64,000 bases of DNA from an uncultured Acidobacteriota bacterium (lineage in GTDB: Bacteria; Acidobacteriota; JAQAZP01), in contig CAWIIB010000009.1 of the NCBI GenBank assembly GCA_963836075.1, forward strand, positions 2,720,001-2,784,000, given 5' to 3'. The notes beneath the pieces are model-generated. The model searched no databases. It was not told the origin of the DNA and was given only the letters and a program-made list of their open reading frames with translations. Both the position numbers and the translations under genes were made by a program. Below, piece by piece: positions 19,181 through 28,747 of this stretch (position 1 is the stretch's first letter; the number at the start of each line of letters is the position of its first letter).

Positions 19181-21157
19181 TCAGCCGCCACGCGCCCGGT
19201 AGCCCTTGCGGGTGCGAATCTCATATTTTCCGCGGTTGCGGGATTTGATATCCACCTTGCGCCAGGTGCCGTCGGGCAACTCCCTGGTCGGCCGGTAGAC
19301 GAAGACATACTGGCTGCGCAGTTCGGCGGCGATTTCGTCGTAGGACTGGGTGAGCGCGCCGGCCGACTCCACCAGGAAGGCCCGTCCGCCGCTGTCGTCG
19401 GCGAGGCTGCGCAGCACCGACTCCCCGGGGTGGATGCTGTTCAACGCCGAGGAGTAGGGGCCGCTGCTCATCCCGCCCCTGGCGGTCATCCTCGCCCGCT
19501 GCATGCCACCCCCGGAAAAGCCGATGGTGTAGATCATCACATCCTTGAGCACCGCCTTCTCCATCACTTCGTCGATGGTGGCCTTGCTCCCCGAGTCAGC
19601 CCCGTCGCCGAAGAGGACGATGACCCGGCGCACCGAGTTGTCCGGTTCGCCGATGCGGTCCAGGGCGTAGACCAGGGCGTCGTACATCGCCGTGCCGCCC
19701 TCGGCTTTGGTGCGGTCCACCGCTTCGGCCAGGCGCCGCTGGTCGTTGGTGAACCCCTCCAGCAGGGTGACCTCGGAGGCGAAGGAGACCACCATGGCCT
19801 TGTCTTCCGGGCGGATGCGGGTGATGAAGCGCTTGGCCGCGGTCTGGGCCTGGGCCAGGTCGTTCTGCATCGAACCGCTGTCGTCCAGCAGCATGGCCAG
19901 CACGATGGGCCGGGTTTCCACCTCCAGGGCAAGGATCTCCTGCTCCTCCCCGTCCTCCAGCACCTTGAACTCCTCTTTCTGCGCGCCGGCCACCAGTTTG
20001 CCCAGTTTGTCGCGGATGGTGGCGTTGAGCAGCACCCGCTGCACCTCTTCCACCAGGTCGGTGACGATGGCCTCCACCCGTACCCGGGCCACCGCCCGGT
20101 GCTCGTCCAGGTCAAAGGCCCGGGCCTCCACCACGTGCGGTCCCGGACTGGCCCCGGGGTTCCAGGTGGCCTGGTATGGCTGCTGGTCCACGCTGGCCAC
20201 CTGTTTCTCGTCCACCCAGTATTCCACCCGGGCCACATCGTCCTCGGGAACACCGGACACCCGCACCTCCAGCAGGGTGGGGCCGGAGACCAGGTCGTTT
20301 TCCCGCAGCGAGGTGATCTGCACCTCCAGCGTGGAGACCTCGGCCGCGGCGGGGCCGCCCACACCGGCCGCGCCGGGCTCCACCGAGGTGTTGAACAGGG
20401 CGTTGCCGCGGTAGCCGTTGGCCGAGAGGGCGATGGCCTGGATCACGTGGTCGCCGGGCGCGGCGCCGAAATCGTGTTCGGTGCGGAATGGCGGCTCGTG
20501 GAGCGTGGCCGCTGTCTCGCCGTCCACCAGCAGGCGGACTTCGGTCACCCGGTCACCCTCCAGCACCCGTACGTCGGCCTCGATGGCCATGGTGCCGGAG
20601 AGCGTCCGTTGCCAGGGCTGGAGGATCTTCACCGACAGCGACGCCAGGTCCGCCGGGGTGAGGGGGACGTCCACATCGGCGGTGATCGGCACCCGCAGGG
20701 CGGTAGTCAGGGTGCCCTCGCCCGGCTCGCGCTCTTCGCCGTGGACGGTCTCCCTGATGCTCAGGAAGAGCCGGTAATTGCCCGGCGGCAACTTCAGCGG
20801 CAGTTCCACCGTTTCATAGCGCGTCTCCTCGGACTCCAGGTCCGAGGGGAGACGGAAGATGCGAAAGGTCTTTGCCACCTGGTCGAGGACATCTTCGCCC
20901 GCGCCCCGCACCTCGCCGCTGACCCGCACCGACCCCCTCTTGCGCCATCCCTGGTCGTCGAGGTGCAGGTCCGCCACCCGGATCTTCACTTTGACGGTCA
21001 CCGGTGTTTCGCTGAAACTGCCTTCGCCGAACTCGAAGGTCACGGAGGAGCGGATGTTTCCCTCCACCACGGTTTCCCCCTGGTCGCCGCAAACGGCGCC
21101 GGAGACCGCCAGCATGGCGAGAAAGAAGACAAGAGCGGCCGGTCCGATTCTGTTCAT
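19181..21157 (-). CDS. Secreted protein with bacterial Ig-like domains and C-terminal VWA domain
   Basis: Signal peptide MNRIGPAALVFFLAMLA; two Ig-like repeats (VRLLVDGE..PPFR; VEYWVDEK..QPYQATW); MIDAS LDDSGSM, GGTAMYD, FGDG; ELRSQY..DGTWRKV..RTRKGY. The upstream part of the track ORF is an antisense shadow. Confidence 0.85.
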   Translation of the reverse strand: MNRIGPAALVFFLAMLAVSGAVCGDQGETVVEGNIRSSVTFEFGEGSFSETPVTVKVKIRVADLHLDDQGWRKRGSVRVSGEVRGAGEDVLDQVAKTFRIFRLPSDLESEETRYETVELPLKLPPGNYRLFLSIRETVHGEEREPGEGTLTTALRVPITADVDVPLTPADLASLSVKILQPWQRTLSGTMAIEADVRVLEGDRVTEVRLLVDGETAATLHEPPFRTEHDFGAAPGDHVIQAIALSANGYRGNALFNTSVEPGAAGVGGPAAAEVSTLEVQITSLRENDLVSGPTLLEVRVSGVPEDDVARVEYWVDEKQVASVDQQPYQATWNPGASPGPHVVEARAFDLDEHRAVARVRVEAIVTDLVEEVQRVLLNATIRDKLGKLVAGAQKEEFKVLEDGEEQEILALEVETRPIVLAMLLDDSGSMQNDLAQAQTAAKRFITRIRPEDKAMVVSFASEVTLLEGFTNDQRRLAEAVDRTKAEGGTAMYDALVYALDRIGEPDNSVRRVIVLFGDGADSGSKATIDEVMEKAVLKDVMIYTIGFSGGGMQRARMTARGGMSSGPYSSALNSIHPGESVLRSLADDSGGRAFLVESAGALTQSYDEIAAELRSQYVFVYRPTRELPDGTWRKVDIKSRNRGKYEIRTRKGYRARGG

Positions 21158-21340
21158 CACTGTCACCCGGTGGCTGGTATGGTTGTCCATCTCAATTCCG
21201 CATACGCTGTAAAGTATATCGTACGGGGCGGGTCGGGCGGGGCAGTGGGCAAAACGGCCGCCGCCGGCCCGGTTGACTATTGCCCCGCCGGTTGTTCTAA
21301 TGCGGGCAACGACTGTATCTTCCGACCGGAGGCCCGTGCC

Positions 21341-23167
21341 ATGAAGGCAATATTCGTTGGCGGCGGCGCCGGCTGCCGGGACGTTCTCGAACTGTTCATC
21401 CAGGGACAGCTGGCCATTCTCGACCTGGAAATTCTCGCCGTGGTCGACACCGACCCCGATGCGCCGGGCATGATTTTTGCCCGCCAGCGGGGCTGGCCCA
21501 CCATGACCGACCTGGAACAGGCGCTGCTTCTCGACGGCCTGGAACTGATCATCGAACTCACCGGCTCCGAAGACGCGCTGGACAAGATCTTCTTCAACAT
21601 GCCCCCCGGCGTTCGGGTGATGGACCACGTGATGGCCCGGGTCTTCTGGGACCTGGAAAAGCTGACCCAGACCATCCGGCAGCAGCTGGGTGAAAAGACC
21701 GTCCTGGAAGCGCGCATCGACAAGGACCGGGCCGAGCTGCAGGAAATCCTCGACAACCTTCCCGATTCGGTGATGGTCATCGACAAGGACCGCCGCATCC
21801 TGCGGGTCAACCAGCGGTTCGAGGAGGTCTCCGGAAAACGGCGCGAGAACGTGGAGGGCCTGGCCTGCAGGGAAGCCTGCATCTTTGCCGGTTGCGGGAA
21901 CACCTGCGACGGGTTTCCCGGTCCCTTCCAGACCGTGCTGCACACCACCAAGCCGGTCAGGCGCGAGGGGCCGGACGGCCCGGTGTTCGAGGAAGAGGAC
22001 AAGTACTACCAGATGACGGTAAAGCCGATCCTCGACGAGGATGGCGAGGTCTCCCGCGTGGTGCGCACCTCCCGCGAGGTCACCCAGCAGGTGAGGCTCA
22101 AGCAGGAGACCGAGGAGTGGGCCCGGCACTTTCACCAGCTGGTCCAGGCGGTGCACGGCATCATCACCATCAAGGACCTCGACGGCCGCTACACCCTGGT
22201 CAATCCCCGGGTGCTGGAGATCTCGGGCCTCAAGGAGAACGAGCTGCTGGGCTGCACCGCCCGGGAACTGTTCGAGCCGGAGGCGGCGGAAGTGATCGAG
22301 GGTAACGACCGGCGGGCCCTGGAGGGCGGCGGATATTACGCCACCGAGGAGCGGGTGATGGTGGGGGGCAAGGAACGGATCTTCTTCTCCGAACGATTCC
22401 CGCTCACCGACTACCGGGGAAACGTGGTGGCCATCTGCTGCCTCTCCCGCGACGACACCGTGGCCCGCCAGCTGCAGCAGGACCTGGTGCAGACCGAGCG
22501 TCTGGCCGCGGTGGGCAAACTGGCCGCCGGAGTGGCCCACGAGCTGAACAATCCGCTCACCGGCATCCTCACCTTTGCCGAGGACCTGATGCTGGAAGCC
22601 GACCCGGCCGACCTGAAGCGCAAGGACTACGAGGTGATCGTCAACGAGACCATGCGCTGCCGCCACATCGTCCGCGACCTGCTCGACTTCTCGCGGCAGA
22701 AGGTTTCGGAGCGGCTGCGCACCGACATCAACACCGTGATCCGGAACACGCTGACCATTATCGAGCGCCAGGCGTCGTTCCACAACATCGAGTTCCGCCT
22801 GGAACTGGCTGAGGGGATGCCCCAACTGCTGGTGGACCCGCGGCAGATGCAGCAGGCGATCCTCAACCTGGTGATCAACGCCTGTGATGCCATGGACGCC
22901 GCGGGGGAGATCGCCATCCGCAGCCAGCTGGAGGACGAGGGTCACCAGGTGTCGGTGGCGGTGTCGGACCATGGCTGCGGCATTCCCGAGGAGCTGATGG
23001 GCGACCTGTTCCAGCCCTTCTTCAGCACCAAGGGCGACCAGGGCAATGGCCTGGGGCTGGCCACTGTTCTCGGCGTGATGCAGCGGCACAACGGCCGGGT
23101 TGACGTGGAGAGCACCGTCGGCCGGGGGAGCACCTTCACCCTCACCCTTCCGGTAACTGACGCGTGA
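21341..23167 (+). CDS. Cytoplasmic sensor histidine kinase: Rossmann-like N-terminus, two PAS domains, HisKA/HATPase
   Basis: GGAGG RBS then MKAIFVGGGAG; H-box AHELNNPL, N-box NLVINACDA, DHGCGI, FFSTK, GNGLGL. Confidence 0.9.
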   Translation: MKAIFVGGGAGCRDVLELFIQGQLAILDLEILAVVDTDPDAPGMIFARQRGWPTMTDLEQALLLDGLELIIELTGSEDALDKIFFNMPPGVRVMDHVMARVFWDLEKLTQTIRQQLGEKTVLEARIDKDRAELQEILDNLPDSVMVIDKDRRILRVNQRFEEVSGKRRENVEGLACREACIFAGCGNTCDGFPGPFQTVLHTTKPVRREGPDGPVFEEEDKYYQMTVKPILDEDGEVSRVVRTSREVTQQVRLKQETEEWARHFHQLVQAVHGIITIKDLDGRYTLVNPRVLEISGLKENELLGCTARELFEPEAAEVIEGNDRRALEGGGYYATEERVMVGGKERIFFSERFPLTDYRGNVVAICCLSRDDTVARQLQQDLVQTERLAAVGKLAAGVAHELNNPLTGILTFAEDLMLEADPADLKRKDYEVIVNETMRCRHIVRDLLDFSRQKVSERLRTDINTVIRNTLTIIERQASFHNIEFRLELAEGMPQLLVDPRQMQQAILNLVINACDAMDAAGEIAIRSQLEDEGHQVSVAVSDHGCGIPEELMGDLFQPFFSTKGDQGNGLGLATVLGVMQRHNGRVDVESTVGRGSTFTLTLPVTDA

Positions 23168-23188
23168 CGGGTGGAGAAAGGACAAGCG

Positions 23189-24052
23189 ATGAAGAACATG
23201 GAGAACAACAGTCTGGGCGGCACGGCCAACGGAATTTCACCGGCGAGAATCCTGGTCATCGATGACGAGGACGTGGTGCACGTGAGCCTGCACCGGATTC
23301 TGGGCCGTTGCGGCCACCACGTGGATGCGGAACTGAGCGCCGCCGCCGGCCTGGAGCGTCTGGCCGCCGGCCCGCCCTACGACCTGGTGATCACCGATCT
23401 GATGATGCCGGAGATGAACGGGATCGAACTGCTCAAGGAGATGAGAGAGCGGGCACTGGCGGTGCCGGTGCTGATGATCACCGGCTATCCCACCATCAGC
23501 ACCGCTCTGGAGGCGCTGCGTCTCGACGCGGTGGACTACATCGCCAAACCGTTCACCCGCCAGGAACTGCTGGGGCCGGTGAACCGGGCCCTGCGGCGGG
23601 GCGTCGGGGTGCCGGCTGAGGAACAGCCGGTGGTGGATCCCGGCCCGGATTCGGAGGGCTTTGAACGCTCCTGTCCGGGGATGGCCACCGGGGTGCGGAT
23701 GTGCCTCCGGCGGCACTCCTGGGCGCTGTGCTGCCAGGACGGCACGGTGAAGGTGGGCATCCAGCCCTCCTTCTTCGAGGGCATCGGCCAGATCAGCACG
23801 ATGAAGCTTCCCGAGGAGTCGGACCTGGTGGAGCAGGGGTATGCCGGCATCCACCTGTGTACCGTTCTGGGGGAAGAGCACGCCGTGTTCATGCCGCTCA
23901 GCGGGCGGGTGGTGGCGGTGAACGAGGACGCCGCGGGCCGTCCGGGGGAACTGAACGCCGACACCTGGCTGGTCCTCATCCTGCCCGACCGTCTGGACAG
24001 CGAGCTTCAACGGCTCAGCCGCTGCCGGCAGCGGCCCCCTGAGCGCAGCTGA
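23189..24052 (+). CDS. Response regulator receiver fused to a glycine-cleavage-H-like domain
   Basis: ILVIDDE, ITDLMMP, ITGY, YIAKPF; then HSWA...GTVKVGI...LPE.SDLVEQG...MPLSGRVVAVN...TWLV, matching the GcvH fold pattern. Confidence 0.8.
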   Translation: MKNMENNSLGGTANGISPARILVIDDEDVVHVSLHRILGRCGHHVDAELSAAAGLERLAAGPPYDLVITDLMMPEMNGIELLKEMRERALAVPVLMITGYPTISTALEALRLDAVDYIAKPFTRQELLGPVNRALRRGVGVPAEEQPVVDPGPDSEGFERSCPGMATGVRMCLRRHSWALCCQDGTVKVGIQPSFFEGIGQISTMKLPEESDLVEQGYAGIHLCTVLGEEHAVFMPLSGRVVAVNEDAAGRPGELNADTWLVLILPDRLDSELQRLSRCRQRPPERS

Positions 24053-24071
24053 CCCGTTCCCAACGGGCCGT

Positions 24072-25043
24072 CTACCTCTCCGCCGACAGCCGCGGAATCT
24101 CCCGGCCCAGATCCTCCCGGATCTCGGTCAGGGTATGGTAGTAGTTGGTGGTGTGGGCCGAAAAACGCATCAGCATCTCGTTCAGCGAATGGGGGATGTA
24201 GGGGAAGATGGTGCGCAGGTTGGCCAGGCGGTAGGTGAAGAAGAGCATGGCGTCCTCGGGGGCCGGGGGCCGGCTGCGGTCCCGCTGCTCTTCCGGAGAA
24301 TTTTTCTGCGGCCGCAGGGTCCTGATCCCCTTGCCCACGGCGTAGGTCAGCAGGTTGCCCACGCTCCACAGGTCGTAGTCGAGAAAGTTCACCTCATAGT
24401 CGAAGTCGATCCAGCGATACTCGCCGCTGTCGATCTCCACGATAACGTGGTCATTGCGCACGTCGCCGTGGTGTTCGTTGTTCTCGTGGAGCAGTTCGAG
24501 GGCCTCGATGACACCGTCCAGACGGGTGAGGATCGAGGGCAGGGAGTTGCGGAAATATTCCTCATGGGTTTGATCGATGGCCGAGATGTGGCTGAAGAGG
24601 GATTTCCCGCGGATGATATCGAGAATGCGGATGTTATTGCCCACCCTGTCCCGGACGGTTCGCCCCTGCATGAAACGCATGTCGCCGTCCACCAGATCGA
24701 GGATCCGGCTTTCCTTGTCCGGGTTCCGTGTGCAGCGGGCGGTGAACGGGCCCAGTTTGGCCACGAACTGCTCGTGGAAGACGAGCTTGATGATCTTCCG
24801 CGACCCGTCACCCAGGTCCACGGCGTACTTGACCCAGTGTTTTGGCTGTTCGTCGATGCCGAAGCGCCCCTCCCGGGCTTCGGTGAGCACGTAGTAGTCG
24901 CAGCCCTCCACGCGGAGCACCGTGCCGGTGCTGATCCGGAAGTAGTCGGTGGTGTCTTCGCTGACCGTGATCTCACGGGGCGCGCGGCGGCCCAGCAGTG
25001 ACTCGATCCGTTCCCTGAGCAGTTTCTCGTCTTCGAAGATCAT
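24072..25043 (-). CDS. Atypical protein-kinase-like (PKL-fold) protein
   Basis: EGRFG, KIIK, HHGDVRNDH catalytic-loop-like motif, WIDFD, YDLWSVG. Confidence 0.7.
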   Translation of the reverse strand: MIFEDEKLLRERIESLLGRRAPREITVSEDTTDYFRISTGTVLRVEGCDYYVLTEAREGRFGIDEQPKHWVKYAVDLGDGSRKIIKLVFHEQFVAKLGPFTARCTRNPDKESRILDLVDGDMRFMQGRTVRDRVGNNIRILDIIRGKSLFSHISAIDQTHEEYFRNSLPSILTRLDGVIEALELLHENNEHHGDVRNDHVIVEIDSGEYRWIDFDYEVNFLDYDLWSVGNLLTYAVGKGIRTLRPQKNSPEEQRDRSRPPAPEDAMLFFTYRLANLRTIFPYIPHSLNEMLMRFSAHTTNYYHTLTEIREDLGREIPRLSAER

Positions 25044-25223
25044 TCCGCGCTCCGCCCGGCATGGATGGTGATGGAGCCGCTATCATAATACGGATCGGCC
25101 GGCTGGTCACCACGCCGGCCGGTTGATCCACCGCCGCCGGCGTGGGGTATAATCATCTTTCATTTACGATACCGGCTGCCGGCGCCCGAGGGGTGCGGTT
25201 GTCCCGCGCGAGGTCAGAATCGG

Positions 25224-26141
25224 ATGCTTTCCAGGAAGCAGCCGCCGGTGGAGTCGTTGCCGCTCCGCCTGGCGCTCAATTTCTTCCAGTCCATTTCGCT
25301 GGAGGCCGGTCTGGCCATCGGACGCGCTCTGGGCACGCTGGTCTACTACCTGCTGCCCGACCGGCGGCGTATCGGCCAGATCAACCTCAAGCTGGCCTTT
25401 GGTGACCAGCTGGATCCCGCCGGGCGCCGGCTCATCCTGCGGCGCATGTGGCAGAACTACGGCTGCAGCCTGGTGGAGTTCTTCCGCTTCCCCCTCTACC
25501 GCCAGGAGAACCTCGACCGCTACGTGGAGTGGCAGGGTTTCGAGCACCTGGAGCGGTCGGTGGCCGCCGGCCGGGGCACCCTGGTGCTGACGGCCCACCT
25601 GGGAAACTGGGACCTGCTGGCCCTGGCCACCGGGATCCGGGTCAAGCCGGTGGGGCTGGTGGCCAAAACCCTGAGCAGCCGTTTCTGGAACCACTTCCTG
25701 GTGGGCCAGCGGATGGAGACCTTTGTCCACTCCTTCCTCAAGCGGAACTCGCTGCGCGAGATCATCCGCAGCCTGCGCACCAACGGCATCGTGGGCATGG
25801 TGCTGGACCAGGACGCCCAGGATTCCGACGGCCGGGTCTTTGTCGACTTCTTCGGTCACAAGGCCTCCACCATCTCCAGTGTGGCCGTGCTCTCCCAGCG
25901 TCTGGAACTGCCCATCCTGCCCATGTTCGACATCCGCGGGCGGCGGGGCAAGCACCGGATCATGGTGCTGCCGCCCATGGAGTTCGAGAAACGGGAGACG
26001 CTGGAGCAGGGAATCCTGCACAACACCCGGCGCTACCAGGAAGTGCTGGAGCAGGTCATCCGGCAGCACCCCGAGCAGTGGAACTGGATCCATCGCCGCT
26101 GGAAGCGCCGCCCGCCGGGCGAAGCCGCGATCTATGATTGA
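25224..26141 (+). CDS. Lipid A late acyltransferase (HtrB/LpxL family)
   Basis: TAHLGNWD (HxxxxD/E), VLDQD, VDFFG, IRQHPEQWNWIHRRWK. Confidence 0.9.
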   Translation: MLSRKQPPVESLPLRLALNFFQSISLEAGLAIGRALGTLVYYLLPDRRRIGQINLKLAFGDQLDPAGRRLILRRMWQNYGCSLVEFFRFPLYRQENLDRYVEWQGFEHLERSVAAGRGTLVLTAHLGNWDLLALATGIRVKPVGLVAKTLSSRFWNHFLVGQRMETFVHSFLKRNSLREIIRSLRTNGIVGMVLDQDAQDSDGRVFVDFFGHKASTISSVAVLSQRLELPILPMFDIRGRRGKHRIMVLPPMEFEKRETLEQGILHNTRRYQEVLEQVIRQHPEQWNWIHRRWKRRPPGEAAIYD

Positions 26142-26147
26142 AGCTGA

Positions 26148-26486
26148 CTATTCCTCGTGGGGGTGACGGGGCCGGGAGGAGACCAGCCGGAAGGGCAGAC
26201 GCAGCCGGAGCCGCCGGTTGCTGTCCGCAGGCGGGGTCTGCCGTTCCCGGGCCGGGGAGACCCGGATGCTGTGCTCACCCACCATGGTGCCGTCGAGGGC
26301 GGCCATGGCACCGTGGGCCTGGCCGTCGGTGGCCATCTCCACGAAGCCGAAGCGCCGGGATTCGCCGGTCTGCCGGTCAAAGATAACGGTGGCCTTGCGC
26401 ACCTCGCCGTGGGGAGCAAAAAGAGCCTCCAGCCCGGGATCGGTCATCGTCCGGTCCAGGTTTCCCACGAAGAGTTTTCTGACCAT
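26148..26486 (-). CDS. RRM RNA-binding protein
   Basis: RNP2 KLFVGNL and RNP1-like RRFGFVEM; DRQTGES. Confidence 0.88.
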   Translation of the reverse strand: MVRKLFVGNLDRTMTDPGLEALFAPHGEVRKATVIFDRQTGESRRFGFVEMATDGQAHGAMAALDGTMVGEHSIRVSPARERQTPPADSNRRLRLRLPFRLVSSRPRHPHEE

Positions 26487-26580
26487 GCTGTATTCTCCCA
26501 ACGGCAACCGGCAAAGGCTTTACGATAAATATACCGCAGCAATTTCCCCCCCGCAATAAAACCTGTCTCCCGGTCTCCGG

Positions 26581-26610
26581 TTGACGCCCGGACGATGATT
26601 TTCCTAGAAT
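26581..26610 (+). promoter_or_regulatory. Putative sigma70 promoter
   Basis: TTGACG-18 bp-TAGAAT upstream of the gene at 26690. Confidence 0.55.
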
Positions 26611-26689
26611 CCCCGTAACATCTAATCATATACCGTAGCCCGGCCGGCCGGTTCCACCGCCCCGCCGGGACGCGGCAGGAGCAGGATCC

Positions 26690-27718
26690 ATGAAGAATCG
26701 CATCCCGGTCCGCCGTTTGACCCTGGCCCTGGCCGCCCTTTTCCTCTTCGCCCCGGGACCGGACGCCTTTGCTCAATCCGGTGGAGTTTCGGGCGTCAAC
26801 AAGGTTACGGGAGTGGTCAGGGGTGACGGTGATCCCCTGAAAGGGGCCCAGATCACCATCCTCGATTCTAACAGGAACAAGATGTCCACCTTCAGCGCTG
26901 AAACCGACGCTCAGGGGCGCTACACCATTCGCGGCCTGCCCTGCGGGACCTACCTGCTCCAGGTGGAAGCCCCGGGGTTCGAGGCCCTGGAAGTCACCTT
27001 CTCCTGTTTCGACGAGTTCGCGGGAGGCCGGGGTGACAGGGGTGCATTGGCCGGCGGGGTGGAGAAGAACATCAACCTGCTGCCCGAGGGGAGCACCATC
27101 ATCCCCCGGGAGGACCTGGAGCCGTTTCCCGACAAGGCCGCCCGGGCCTACACCAAGGCGCTGAAAAAGATGGACAAGGGCGAGATGGACGGCGCGGAAA
27201 AGACCCTCACCGAGGTGCTGGAGATGGATCCCGGGTTCTACTACGCCAGGGCCAAGCTGGGGGAGATCCACAAAAAAGCGGGGCGCATCGAGGAAGCGAA
27301 GAAAGAGCTGTCCACCGCCGTGGAGCAGAATCCCAACGAGGTGATGGGCCGGGTCTACCTGGCCGCGATCCACATCCAGGCCGGCGAGCTGGGCCCGGCC
27401 GCGGAACTGCTCGAGCAGGCGGTGGCGGTGGCCCCCGGGTACGCCGATGCCTGGTTCAACCTCGGTCTCTGCTGCTCCCAGCTGGAAGGAAAGGCCGAGC
27501 GGGGGGAGGAGGCGCTGCTCAAGGCGCTGGAACTGGACTCCGCCGAGCTGGCCGATGCCCGCCTGCTGCTGGCCAACGTCTACCTGGGCCAGGAGCGCCT
27601 GCGGGACGCGCTGAACCAGATGGAAGCCTGGCTCGAGCTGGGGATCGAATCGCCCATGACCCCCCGGGTCAAACAGACCGTCAAGGCCCTGCGCGAGGAC
27701 CTGGAGCCGGTTGATTGA
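26690..27718 (+). CDS. Secreted carboxypeptidase-regulatory-like domain + TPR protein
   Basis: Signal peptide; VTGVV..DPLKGAQITI..TDAQGRYTI.GL..GTYLL.VEAPGF; several TPR helices. Confidence 0.8.
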   Translation: MKNRIPVRRLTLALAALFLFAPGPDAFAQSGGVSGVNKVTGVVRGDGDPLKGAQITILDSNRNKMSTFSAETDAQGRYTIRGLPCGTYLLQVEAPGFEALEVTFSCFDEFAGGRGDRGALAGGVEKNINLLPEGSTIIPREDLEPFPDKAARAYTKALKKMDKGEMDGAEKTLTEVLEMDPGFYYARAKLGEIHKKAGRIEEAKKELSTAVEQNPNEVMGRVYLAAIHIQAGELGPAAELLEQAVAVAPGYADAWFNLGLCCSQLEGKAERGEEALLKALELDSAELADARLLLANVYLGQERLRDALNQMEAWLELGIESPMTPRVKQTVKALREDLEPVD

Positions 27719-27802
27719 CCCTCCGGGGTATACTGATGGTTTCGACACTGATACGGCCTGCGCACGTGCGGAGAAAAGGCCCAAAATCAAGGAGTTTTAC
27801 AG

Positions 27803-28735
27803 ATGGCGGAAGCGAGGAAAGTGATCATCATCGGATCCGGTCCGGCCGGGTACACGGCAGCCATTTACACCGCCCGGGCCCGTCTGGAGCCGCTGCTGCT
27901 GGAGGGCCAGCAGCCCGGCGGCCAGCTGACCATCACCTCGGAGGTGGAAAACTACCCCGGGTACGCCGAGGGCATCCAGGGCCCGGAGATGATGGATATC
28001 TTCAAGGCCCAGGCCGCCCGTTTCGAGACCGACATCCGCACCGAGATCGTCGAGGAGGTGGACCTATCCTCCCGGCCCTTCAAGGTGCAGAGCGACCGGA
28101 GCGAGTACACCGCCGAAGCGCTGATCATCTGCACCGGGGCTTCGGCCATGCTGCTGGGGCTGGAGAACGAATCGAAGCTGATGGGCTCCGGCGTCTCCGC
28201 CTGCGCCACCTGTGACGGTTTCTTCTTCCGCGAGAAGGAGATCGCCGTGGTGGGCGGCGGCGACACCGCCATGGAGGAGGCCGATTTCCTCACCCGCTTC
28301 GCCTCCAAGGTCACCGTGATCCACCGCCGGGACGAGCTGCGGGCTTCAAAGATCATGCAGGAGCGCGCCTTCAAGAACCCCAAGATCGAGTTTCGCTGGA
28401 ACGCCACGGTGGAGGACATTCTGGGCAGCGTGGAGGACGGGGTGCATGCCCTGGTGCTCAAGGACACCAAGACCGGTGAAACCTCGGAATTCGCCTGCGA
28501 AGGGCTGTTCATCGGCATCGGCCACAAGCCGAACACCGCGGTGTTCAAGGGCAAGCTGGAGATGGATGAGTCGGGCTACCTGCTGGTGACCCCCGGACGG
28601 ACCGACACCTCGGTGGAGGGCGTCTTTGCCGGCGGCGACGTCTCCGACCACCGCTATCGCCAGGCGGTGACCGCGGCCGGCATGGGCTGTATGGCGGCGC
28701 TGGACGCCGAGAAGTTTCTTGCTGCGCTGGAATAG
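27803..28735 (+). CDS. trxB: Thioredoxin-disulfide reductase
   Basis: [50 protein letters not shown]. Confidence 0.97.
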   Translation: MAEARKVIIIGSGPAGYTAAIYTARARLEPLLLEGQQPGGQLTITSEVENYPGYAEGIQGPEMMDIFKAQAARFETDIRTEIVEEVDLSSRPFKVQSDRSEYTAEALIICTGASAMLLGLENESKLMGSGVSACATCDGFFFREKEIAVVGGGDTAMEEADFLTRFASKVTVIHRRDELRASKIMQERAFKNPKIEFRWNATVEDILGSVEDGVHALVLKDTKTGETSEFACEGLFIGIGHKPNTAVFKGKLEMDESGYLLVTPGRTDTSVEGVFAGGDVSDHRYRQAVTAAGMGCMAALDAEKFLAALE

Positions 28736-28747
28736 ACCGGTGAGTTC

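Noticed and set aside
19181-23185. Very long overlapping ORFs 19181..23185 (-, 1334 aa) and 19430..23167 (+, 1245 aa), suggesting a bidirectional overlapping gene pair
   Set aside because: Each is a real gene (VWA protein from 21157; kinase from 21341) extended by the stop-free antisense shadow of the other. This is common at high GC; a divergent intergenic region lies at 21158-21340.
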